This document shows, piece by piece, positions 54,090-64,000 of a stretch of 64,000 nt of DNA. This stretch comes from a virus (taxonomy: Duplodnaviria; Caudoviricetes): positions 32,001 through 96,000 of IMG/VR virus record IMGVR_UViG_3300028591_000108, one strand, 5' to 3'. Both the position numbers and the translations under genes were made by a program. The first letter of the stretch is position 1. Each line of letters begins with the position of its first letter. The notes below the pieces were generated by a model, which was given only the letters and a program-made list of their open reading frames with translations, ran no database searches and was not told the DNA's origin.

Positions 54090-54333
54090 TGGCAATACAG
54101 CCCCCGTTAGGCTCCGTAAAGAGCCTAACGGGCAAATTATTACTTCTATCCCGCAAGGTGCAGTTGCCGATGTACTTGAGACTGAAGGTGATTGGAGTAA
54201 AGTATTGATAAATGGCATAACGGGATGGATGATGAATAAGTTTTTATATGATCAAGCGCCAAAATCAAATTTATCTGAATTAAAAACTAAGTTAAAGGAA
54301 GTTTTGGCGCTACTGGATCAATTGGAGGACTAA
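54070..54333 (+). CDS. SH3b domain protein
   Basis: VRLRKEP...GDWSKV...GWMM. Confidence 0.75.
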   Translation: MKIVKVDGNTAPVRLRKEPNGQIITSIPQGAVADVLETEGDWSKVLINGITGWMMNKFLYDQAPKSNLSELKTKLKEVLALLDQLED

Positions 54334-54334
54334 A

Positions 54335-54742
54335 ATGAGTAATTATTTTCAGGCTCAGAATTAGCAGCCATTAGTAAATGGCGGCGCATCTTTTACTCCA
54401 TATAATAATCCTTATTTTCCTATGCAGCAATAGCGTTTGCCCGTGTATACTGCCGCGCCAATTCATGGTGAAAATGCCGCTTGGCAATTCCCTATGGGAG
54501 CAAATAGTGAGATTTATTTGCCAGATGCAGATTAGGATATTATATGGTGGATTAGAACAGATGCTAATGGGAACAAGAATGTGCAAGGGTTTGATGTAAA
54601 ACCACATCAAGCGCCAGTGCAAGTAGATACTAATGATTTAGCGGCCCGTTTAGCCGCAGTGGAGGAATGGATAAATGCCAAGTCTAATAAGTCAAATGCG
54701 AAACGGTCAACCGGGACAGCCGGGACGGACGCAATCGCTTGA
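54335..54742 (+). CDS. Hypothetical phage protein, Q/P-rich N-terminus (TAG=Gln)
   Basis: RBS GGAGG; open with 3 TAG. Confidence 0.7.
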
Positions 54743-54962
54743 TAATTCTATACAGCAAGTTAAAGGAATGATGCAACAGCTTAAAATGGCATCTAACCGG
54801 CAATAGGCATTAATGGGGATGATACAACAGAATCCATAGTTTGCTCAGATTGCTCAAATGATGAAGGCTAATCCGAATGGATTGGAGGGAATTGCTAGAC
54901 AAATGGCACAAGAAAATGGAATAGATTTGAATGATCTGATAAAGCAATTGGGAGGAGTTTGA
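54675..54962 (+). CDS. Small Q/M/N-rich hypothetical protein (TAG=Gln)
   Basis: MMQQLK...QNP*F...GIDLN. Confidence 0.7.
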
Positions 54963-54963
54963 T

Positions 54964-55248
54964 ATGAATAAGATTAAATTCAATAACCTAGAAGTTTAGG
55001 TAGAAGAATATAATAAGAATACTTTTTTTAATGGAGAGTCAATGCAAAGTACGGCAACTTGTCAAGTTGTATGTAATGATATAAATGCATTATATGATTT
55101 AATGCATGATACTATTACCTCTATTCAAATTCGTCATAATGATGAATTAATTTATGATTCACAAAATATTCAAGCAAAAATTGACAATATTAATGAATAT
55201 TTGTCTATGGATCGCATGAATATTAATATAAGTTTTACATTCATATAA
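54964..55248 (+). CDS. Hypothetical protein (one TAG)
   Basis: RBS GGAGG; extends ORF 55042. Confidence 0.65.
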
Positions 55249-55374
55249 AATTTTATTATGAACGATACATAAGAGGGTGTTTAGACACCCTCTTTTTTTA
55301 CTATCTAATATTTGACAGTTCATCATGCTATGTGATATAATATATATAGAAATAATATTGGAGGTGAGCAACGG

Positions 55375-57939
55375 ATGGCAAGTGGCTCACAATTGATGAC
55401 AACTTATTATGCCAAAAGAATTATGGGCGATAATGCGGCGAGTACTGCGGATCAAGCATTATTATAGACAGGTTATGGTATTACAACTGATACATGGATA
55501 TTAAATAGAACAAATAGACCTAATTATGGGATTTTATATCATTATGACAATAATGGCGCGGATAAAATTAAATTTATTGGCGGCCTTAATAATACTAATG
55601 ATATTGAGACTGCTTGGATTTAGTTAGACGCTGGAGATACCTATATTTTAGGAAGAGTAGGAATTGGCTAGGATCCAACAGTAAATAATAATCCATATAA
55701 ATTATATATAAATGGAACAACATATGCTAATGCTCCAGTATATATTAATAATTCAACAGCAGTTGCTATGGAAGACGATAATGGAGCCTTAGTAATAGGC
55801 GATAAAGCCGGATTAAATATCGGAATAGATAATTGCAAAGTTCATGCTAGAAATAATTCAGCTGCGGCTAATCTATTATTGAACTCTGAAGGCGGAAATA
55901 TTCTACTAGGCGTCGACGATGATGACTATTATGTCAATATTCGTTCTGAGCAAGATGCAAGTAGTACGAGTACAGGAGCTTTACGTGTTGGTGGCGGTGC
56001 AGGTATTACCAAAAAATTATATGTAGGTGATGATATACATAGTGATGGCCATCTATATTTTGCGGCAGCTAAAAATATTTATATGAACTATAATGGTATA
56101 GATTATCCTATATTAGAAAATAGCGATGATTCAAATATAATTTTAAATGCGGCAACTGGTATATTAGATATTGGGCATAAGAATACCATAGGCATTAATA
56201 TGTATTACTCTACAGATGATTCCACTCGCACATAGTTTTTTACTATTAATAGTAATGGAGCATATGCAAATACTCGATTTGGAGTTAATGGGCAAGATAC
56301 AAATTATACTTTATATGTAAATGGGACAAGTCTTTTTAATGGTGCGCTTGATTTAAAAAGCGACATTAATTTATATACTAGTAGCGCCGATAGTCCTGAT
56401 ATCGTGTGGTGGTATGCAGATAAAGAACAAGAATAGGCTAGAATATGGATGGGTAGTGGCGGTACTAGCATTTTCGCGCCGAACTATAGATGTTATAAGT
56501 CTGATGGAACATCATTATATTCAGGAAACTTGGTTATAGGCGATGGTACTGGCGTAACTAATGCTGCGAGTTTTAGAAGTAAACTTAGTACATGGGCATT
56601 AATATCTGATTCATATAATACTATTATGCCAGCCGATGGTACAACAAATGGATGGTATAAATTTGGCACTACTGATGGGTATGGCATTTTACCTGCGGTA
56701 TCTGGCGGCGCGGAAAATGGCCATTCATATATTGGTACTTCTAGTTGGTATTGGAAGTATTTATATGTAGATAGAGCATATACGGGGAAGATTACTATTC
56801 AATAGCCTGCAGCACATCGTGATAATGGTATTGTTGGTGAATATAATTATTAGAAAGCCGGGGCAATATGGTCTATGGGCGCTTCTTATTAGATAAAAGC
56901 AGACGGCTCAGGACTAGGTAGTTTATACGGTGCTGCATATGGATATGCAGGATAGGCTTATATAGGTAGCAATACATATGCAGGAGGCCATCAATTCCTT
57001 TGGTGTGAAAATGGTACAGTAAAAGTCGCTTTAGGATAGAATATTTGGACTGCTGGTAAAGTGACTGCGACTGGTGGATACGCAGATAGAACAAATGGGA
57101 CAGCAACTTATTTAAATTATGGTGCAGCTGGATTGGCAGCTTCAGCAATATCATGGCTTACATGTTGGAATGGGTATGAATTGCGAGCAATTAGTAAAGC
57201 AGAAACCATGGCCGCAGTGCGTGGTGCAGCTAGCGGGTCATGGGCAATATCAGTAACCGGAAGTAGTGCAAGTTGCACTGGTAATGCAAATACTGCAAAC
57301 TATCAAAATTGCGTAGCCGGCAATGAAATCCGCTATGCACGCAATGGCAATATGACATCTGCAAATGATTTATGGCAAGGCTGGGCTTTCGCAGAAGGTA
57401 AAGTCGCAGTTATAAATGGATGGCGCTTTGGTAATGGTAATGGTGGTTTGGCGCCAATTTATGGCTCCAAAGTTTACAATGCAGTCTGGAATGACTTCGC
57501 AGAATACCGTGTTTCTGATATAACCGAAGGCGGCCGAGTCCTTATATCAGATGGCAAAGGCCATCTAGTCCTTAGTACGGAGCGTTTATAGCCAAGTGCT
57601 CGTGTCATATCGGATACATTTGGTTGTAGTGTTGGTATGTCTGATAATGCGAAAACGCCTATCGGAGTTGCTGGCCGCGTACTTGTGTATCCATACTAGC
57701 CACGCGAAAACTATAAGGTTGGAGATGCACTATGCGCAGCGCCAGATGGTACTGCAGATATTATGACACGTGAGGAAATTATATAGTATCCGGATAGAAT
57801 TATTGGTATTGTAGATGAAGTTCCTGATTATGAAATTTGGGATTAGATACATACTAATAAAAAAGATGATGGAGAAGTTGGAGAATAGAATCATACAAAT
57901 ATTGAAGTCAACGGTCGTATCTGGATTTATGTTCGCTAA
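55375..57939 (+). CDS. Tail spike/fibre with C-terminal peptidase-G2-like intramolecular chaperone (854 aa, TAG=Gln)
   Basis: STSTGALRVGGGAGI; VWNDFAEY...SDTFG...VAGRVLV...RIWIYVR. Confidence 0.75.
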
Positions 57940-58198
57940 CACATGACTTTTTCTCAAATATTTAATATAATATATTTATAAAGAATTCAACATGTGACGA
58001 GATACATGAGTTTTGAATTCTTTTATGATAAAGGATTGCCCTGAACTGAAAGTTCAGGGCAACTTTTTTTTATTCTCTGGTAATAATTACCAAAATTAAG
58101 TTGTTTTTTTACCACCTATCATATGATTGGAGTAATCCAATCTTTTCTCTCATTATCATCCATTTGATAAAATTTATGAGCTAAAAGGAGGAATTAAT

Positions 58199-58840
58199 AT
58201 GGGAGAAAACGGATTAAGTGCATCTGATGTTGCTCTAATGTCTCGCGACGGCGACGGTTTCGGCGGCAATGGATGGGGCGGAATGATTTGGCTTTTCGCT
58301 ATTCTAGCCATGATGGGTGGCGGCTTCAATTGGGGCGGCGGTGGCTATCGTCCACAGTATGCAACCCAAGACTTTGTACAGAACGGTTTTAACTTCAACG
58401 ACTTATAGGATTAGAATCGTGACATTATGCAGGCTATCAATTATGGTGCTTCTCAGTCCATAGCAACTACTAATCAGGTCTATCATGACCTAATGAATGG
58501 TCTATCTGATAAGTACAATGAGCTACAGCGCGATATCGCTGGCCTAGCTATTGGTCAGGCTAATCAGCTCGCTCGTTTCAACGAATGTTGTTGTGAAACA
58601 AAGCAAGCCATCGCTCAGGTCAATTATGATGCCGCAATGCGCGATGCTGCAACCAATGCCAACTTTACTGCTCAGATTCAGGGTCTAAAAGACATGATTA
58701 AGGATGACAAGATGGAAGCGATGCAGAATCGTATCAACCAACTAGAACTCCAGAATCAACTACAGGGCGTTGTAAGATATCCAAATGGTTGGACTTATAA
58801 TGCCGGAAATTCTCCATTCTGTGGAGGATGCAACATGTAA
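58199..58840 (+). CDS. Gly-rich/coiled-coil phage protein with CCCE motif (TAG=Gln)
   Basis: ORFs 58199 and 58427 join in frame via two TAG. Confidence 0.8.
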
Positions 58841-58928
58841 TTAAGAGTGTATTCAGTACACCATAATATGTAAACTAATGGGCGTACTTATGTACGCCCT
58901 TATTTTTTATTATACGGAGGTAATTGAA

Positions 58929-59342
58929 ATGTTACAAACCTATTCAAGCAACCTAGCAGTCGAAGCCAATGCCCCATTTGTATTCAACAATGTAGTTGTA
59001 GATAAGGGTTGCGGCGAAAGCCTGAGCGCTCCAAGCACTATCCAGCTAAATAAACGTGGCGTTTATTTAGTAGAAATGGATGGCTTTGCTACTCCAGATG
59101 CCGCGACAGAAGTTTCCGTTCAGCTCTACGTCAATAATGTAGCACAGCCACAAGCAATCTCTACTTTCGTTCCTGCCGCAGTAACCGATACTCGCACCTT
59201 CGGCTTCAAGACTTTTGTTCGTGTACTTGAAAACAACTGCAACTGCAATTGTCTCACAAGCCCAACCACTCTTCAGTTTATAAATGGTACGACAGCGCTA
59301 ACTGATGCGCATATTAATGTAGTAGTAACACAGATTCGTTAA
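58929..59342 (+). CDS. BclA-CTD/C1q-like beta-sandwich protein
   Basis: F.N......I.L...GVYLV pattern; RBS GGAGGT. Confidence 0.55.
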   Translation: MLQTYSSNLAVEANAPFVFNNVVVDKGCGESLSAPSTIQLNKRGVYLVEMDGFATPDAATEVSVQLYVNNVAQPQAISTFVPAAVTDTRTFGFKTFVRVLENNCNCNCLTSPTTLQFINGTTALTDAHINVVVTQIR

Positions 59343-59390
59343 TATATAGGGCGGGTAATACCGCCCTTTTCTTTTTAAGGAGGATATATC

Positions 59391-59927
59391 ATGACAGTAG
59401 AAGAGATTTTTAATAAACTAGCTTCTCACATGGTAGAAGGAATAATGTATCATGATGATATGGCGAAGGCATATGATTTCTTAGCCCTCAGCGGCTTTGC
59501 GCGTTGTCATGATTATCATCATATTTGTGAGACAAAATCTTATCGTAAACTCTCCCATTACTATGCAACCCATTTTCATAAACTTCTTAAACTTGAACCA
59601 CTCAAGCAGCCGCAAATTGTCCCAGAAAGTTGGTATAAATACAAAACAACCGATGTTGATATTGCGACCAAGCGTAGTGCGGTTAAAGAGCTAATGGAGA
59701 AATGGGTAGCTTGGGAAACCGAAACAAAAGTACTTTATCAAGCTATGCGCCAAGAACTTTGCGCAATTGGTGAAGTTGCGGCGGCCCTATACCTTGAATG
59801 CTTCATCTGTGATGTAGATGAAGAACTGGCTTGGGCGCAGAAGAAGCAAATTAAATTTGAAACATTAGGCTATGACATTGGCGCTATAATACAATGTTCA
59901 GACGCTTTACATAAGAAATATAAATAA
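59391..59927 (+). CDS. Ferritin-like four-helix protein
   Basis: H..EGIMYH, GF...H.YH...E, WE.ET..LYQ, DVDEEL. Confidence 0.6.
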   Translation: MTVEEIFNKLASHMVEGIMYHDDMAKAYDFLALSGFARCHDYHHICETKSYRKLSHYYATHFHKLLKLEPLKQPQIVPESWYKYKTTDVDIATKRSAVKELMEKWVAWETETKVLYQAMRQELCAIGEVAAALYLECFICDVDEELAWAQKKQIKFETLGYDIGAIIQCSDALHKKYK

Positions 59928-59939
59928 GGTGGTGGTAAT

Positions 59940-60317
59940 ATGATTAGAGTAATATAGCGACGCTTAATTATTCCTCGCGGCGATACGGGGACTTTTACTC
60001 TACCTTTACTTCCTGGGACAGAGCAAGGAGACATAGCGGTCTTCTCTATCTATGATCCGCTAAAGAAGGAAGTAATTTATCAAAGACAATATCCAATCAC
60101 AGAGGAAGAACTTAATATTCCTTTTGAGCATGAGGACACACTAGAAATAGAGCCAAGTAATAGGTATGAATGGGATGTTAAGATTTATAAAACACCCGTA
60201 TACGCAGATGGTGCCGATACATCCGATCCTAAAACAATTCCAACTACTGGCGCATCTATTGATTCCTATTATTCTGCCTTTAGTCTTCCTATCTGTGAAA
60301 TTAGGGAGTTTGCATGA
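59940..60317 (+). CDS. BppU-like baseplate protein (one TAG)
   Basis: IIPRGDTGTF...DT......RYEWDV. Confidence 0.55.
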
Positions 60318-60784
60318 GATATATAGATACAAGACATCGAACCCGGGATTTATTGTTGGAATACGAGCCAACAATAATGCCATTGCATCCTCGCGCCGGA
60401 GGTTTAGCAGTATTATATCCTTGGGGCAATAATAACGATAGCGGCAGTGTAATGCCGCCATTCCCAAATCCTTCCGCAATTAGCTCTATCTATCCTTGGG
60501 AGATGCAAAATCTTGCCATCATGGGCGATTGGCTATTCAATTTTGCAGCGAATAGCGGCTACAAAGGCACGCGCGAAGAATTTTACAAGTATTTTGGTAC
60601 ATACCTTGAAACCAACAGACAAGAAATTCTATTTGAAACTTTCGATAATTTTCCTTCTGTTGGAACGGAAGATATGTTATATTTTGACCTTAATGATAAA
60701 ATCTTATATTATTGGGATAATGAATATATTCCAGTTAATGCAATGCTTATTGCAAATACAATTCTACATGGAGGTGACGCTTAA
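60314..60784 (+). CDS. Hypothetical virion protein
   Basis: GYKGTREEF; FPSVGTEDMLY. Confidence 0.7.
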   Translation: MRYIDTRHRTRDLLLEYEPTIMPLHPRAGGLAVLYPWGNNNDSGSVMPPFPNPSAISSIYPWEMQNLAIMGDWLFNFAANSGYKGTREEFYKYFGTYLETNRQEILFETFDNFPSVGTEDMLYFDLNDKILYYWDNEYIPVNAMLIANTILHGGDA

Positions 60785-61497
60785 TGGCAGCGCATAATTT
60801 GCAAGTTACATTTCAAATTAGGCAGAGTATCGCGGAAAATTGGACCACTAGGAATCCAATTCTTTTCGAGGGTGAATTTGGACTAGAAACCGATACCTTT
60901 TTAATTAAAGTAGGCGATGGCATACGCGATTGGGCGCATCTACCATACTTAAATAAATTAAATACTACATACTTTAAGCATATGCAAGATGGCTCTTTAA
61001 CTTTTAGTGACACCTTTGCAGAGCAAATTAATAATCTAATTGCTCAAGCGGGCGGCGATGCGCATCTTGTTATTAATGATGATCCTACTGAAGATACCGA
61101 TCCTGTTAATTATAGCTTCCTACAGCGCTTTATTGCAGATGCAATCGCGCACGCAGGGCATTTAAAGCGCCAAGTTGTAGAAGAACTACCTCAACTTGAA
61201 GATGCTGATGAAAATACTATTTATCTAATGCCATCTGAAAGCGGCATTGGCTATGATGAGTATATGATCATCAACGGTATTTGGGATTTAGTAGGCGTAA
61301 CAAATGATGGCGGCGGTAGTGGTAGCTATGAATTACCAGTTGCTACCGAGGCGCGCCTTGGCGGCGTCAGAGCTTCAAGCGCAGATGACCGCATTAATGT
61401 AACACAAGAAGGCTTTATGACACTTAATCGTGTTTCCACTAGTAAATTATATGTGCCGACAGGAGATACTCTTATCTTATATGGCGGCACGGCTTAA
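60784..61497 (+). CDS. Tail protein with hyaluronidase/Mtd-type N-terminal domain
   Basis: W..RNPIL.EGE.G.ETDT...KVGDG...W..LPY. Confidence 0.8.
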   Translation: MAAHNLQVTFQIRQSIAENWTTRNPILFEGEFGLETDTFLIKVGDGIRDWAHLPYLNKLNTTYFKHMQDGSLTFSDTFAEQINNLIAQAGGDAHLVINDDPTEDTDPVNYSFLQRFIADAIAHAGHLKRQVVEELPQLEDADENTIYLMPSESGIGYDEYMIINGIWDLVGVTNDGGGSGSYELPVATEARLGGVRASSADDRINVTQEGFMTLNRVSTSKLYVPTGDTLILYGGTA

Positions 61498-61510
61498 CGG
61501 GGTGAGCTAA

Positions 61511-63286
61511 ATGGCGGAAAATGTTCTTGAAACACGAATATAGTTACGCTATGGTACTTATTCCCAGTGGATGAATAGTGAAATTATTTTGCTACCGGGG
61601 GAAGCCGCAGTATGTATTTTCCCTCGTAGTAAAGTAATAGATAATGTTACAGATGATGAGCCGGACAATACGCCTCCTGCCTTTGGCATTAAGATAGGAG
61701 ATGGCACACGCTATTTCTACGAGTTACCCTGGGTATAGGCCATTGCCGCGGATGTATATTCATGGGCCAAAAGTTCAACTAAGCCGACATATACAGCAAC
61801 TGAAATCACAGGACTTGCGGAGTTTATAAATTAGTAGTCCGGTGGTGGTGGAAGTGGTGGCAGTGCAAGCAGCGGCTATCGTATTGTATATGATAGCGCA
61901 ACTTCTAAATATATTTTACAAATGTATGATGCTGATACAGATAGTTGGGTAAATACTACCAGTGAAATTGACTTATCTGCTATACTAAACCGCATCAATA
62001 CAATTGAACGATGGGCCAATGGTGCATAGTATAATCTTGGTAATATTGAAACGCCAATTTCTGCTTATATTTATGAAGAAGTTATTGCTTATATGAATTA
62101 GCTTGATTATAATGATCAAGCTGAACAGCATTAGTTTGTTACTTCTGTTAAATAGGTTGATGGTAAAATTTAGGTTGATCGTTCTGCTATCTCTGCCGCA
62201 GATATTACAAGTGGTGTTTTTAAAACAGAACAAGGTGGAACTGGTTTAACTAGTGTACGAGATGATGAAGTACTTATAGGTAGTGAAGAAGGCGATATTA
62301 CTACTAAGCGATTTGTAACCACATTAGAATCATCAGATCGCAATACTTTCGCCACTTCTGGCGCGATTATTGATTATATTAATAATGCTACTGCAGGTTT
62401 AACTGGCGCGATGCATTTTGTGGGTGAGGCACAAGTTACCATCAATAATGGATCTGCCGTCAATCCACAAATAAATGGGTATATTTTTGCCAATGCATAG
62501 CCAGGTGATGTTATCTTAGCTAATAATTCACAAGAATATGTATGGACTGGAGATTCTTGGCGTTTACTTGGCGATGAAGGTAGCTATGCTATTAAAGGCA
62601 GTATAACTAATGTTGATATTGCAGAAAATGCAGCAATTGCTCAATCAAAAATTGATGGATTAGATGTGACTTTAGATACAAAAGTCACAAAAGTAGAAGG
62701 TAAGGATTTATCTACTAATGATTTTACCGACGATGCTAAGCAAAAACTCGAAGATATTGAAAATGGCGCGTAGGTAAATGTCATTGAGCATGTATTTTTA
62801 AATGATTCTGAAATAACACCCGCTAAAATACAAGGGCTTGACAAATCAGTAGATCTTCAAATTGTCGGTATTACGCCTGAACAGAGTGAAAAACTAGCCG
62901 GCATTGAGGCAGAAGCACAAGTTAATGTTATTGAGCATATTGTAGTTGATGGTGTGGAATAGCCGCTTGATAATGCTAAAACTGTAAATATCACAACCAA
63001 TCCACATACTGAGCATGAAAATGTAATTGAATCTATTGCTATAAATGGAATAGTCTAGACTCCAGAAAATAAGTAGGTTAATATTATATTAGACCAAGTT
63101 GCATTAGATTTAGACGTTCTCGCGGGCGCACAGATTCCTAATGGTAATACGCTTTAGGAGGTTGAATAGATTAATAAAAAACTATAGCTTGCTCGCATTT
63201 CTGTAACTGGTAATGTTCATGATTTATTACAGACAGATAATACATATATAACAATAAATTGCGGCAGTAGTACTGACGTAGTATAA
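61511..63286 (+). CDS. Tail/head fibre protein (TAG=Gln)
   Basis: RI*LRY..KIGDG..LPW, GAMHFVG, KVEGKDLSTNDFT..K.KL..IE.GA*VNVIE. Confidence 0.75.
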
Positions 63287-63297
63287 GGAGGGATAAG

Positions 63298-63813
63298 ATG
63301 ACAAATAATGGTACATTGCGTATGCGTATTTAGCTAAAAGCCGATACAGAAGCCAATTGGATAGCTCATCCTATCGTTCCTTTAGCTAATGAACTTATTA
63401 TATATGCGGCAGATAATGAACATAATTATGCTCGTTTAAAGGTAGGAGATGGTTCAACCAATGTGAATTCTCTGCCTTTTGTAGATGCCGGAACATTAAA
63501 CGGACATGAAACGGAAATAGTAAAATTAGCTAATGCAGAATTATTTCCCACGGTGGGCTCATCTGATAAATTATATGTTGACTTATCTACAAATAGCATT
63601 TATCATTATACTAATAGTATAGGATATTCATAGTTATCTAATTTTACTTATACAACTGATACAACAACAGTTCATAGTGTCTTACAATGGATGCCAGGAG
63701 TTATAACTAGCTTATAGGTTGATAATAATATATTAAAAATTAAAACAGGAGAACTTCCTTCTTTATTAACTCAAGATAAAGAAGTAGTAACAAATATCAT
63801 TAAGGAGGTTTGA
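63298..63813 (+). CDS. Tail protein, Mtd-N-like (TAG=Gln)
   Basis: RI*LKADTEANW...KVGDG....LPF. Confidence 0.7.
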
Positions 63814-63815
63814 GC

Positions 63816-64000
63816 ATGGCAACATATATAGGTTCACTTCAAATTGATTCAGATGCACCAGTTCTGCTTGGCTCTACTCTTTATGGTATTTGTAATAGCC
63901 CAGCAAACTTGGTTAATAAAACAGTAATTTTCAATAATTTTGATAATATGGTAGATGGAATTACAATTCATGTTAGATTTTCATATGGTAATAATATTTT
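63816..64000 (+). CDS. Tail-associated protein, partial
   Basis: RBS AAGGAGG; YGIC...KTV...G.TI.VRF..GN. Confidence 0.6.
   Translation, partial: MATYIGSLQIDSDAPVLLGSTLYGICNSPANLVNKTVIFNNFDNMVDGITIHVRFSYGNNI

Noticed and set aside
35952-57939. Diversity-generating retroelement targeting fibre genes
   Set aside because: No reverse transcriptase and no adenine-variable TR/VR pair was noticed.
31842-64000. Mass pseudogenisation of the structural region
   Set aside because: Interruptions are exclusively in-frame TAG with no frameshifts, which is explained by code 15.

Overview
The window is part of a large tailed-phage genome, most likely infecting gut or rumen Clostridia (sigmaA-type TTGACA/TATAAT promoters, strong AGGAGG RBSs, SpoIID, NlpC/P60 and LL-H-type holin genes). 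It has three zones. (1) 2.6-21.3 kb is an array of self-contained small-gene cassettes. It is delimited by 36 copies of the 19-bp palindrome TTAGATGT-NNN-ACATCTAA, which sits exactly 9 bp upstream of a -35 box at 34 sites. Most genes end in a terminator whose hairpin contains the stop codon. One block (19370-21262) appears inverted precisely between two palindromes, so the site may be both an operator and a recombination point. The zone also has a covarying AAGGA-loop 5'UTR hairpin, an anticodon-less tRNA-like RNA, winged-helix paralogs and host-takeover-type enzymes (two DEDD exonucleases, kinase, HAD, GNAT). (2) 22-31 kb holds an SF2 helicase, origin-like inverted repeats, an iteron-like array, HTH genes and Thg1. 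(3) 31-64 kb holds tail/receptor-binding, giant virion and lysis genes. These are intact only if TAG is read as Gln (genetic code 15), whereas early cassettes avoid internal TAG and in at least two cases use it as a stop. All calls come from manual reading without database searches.
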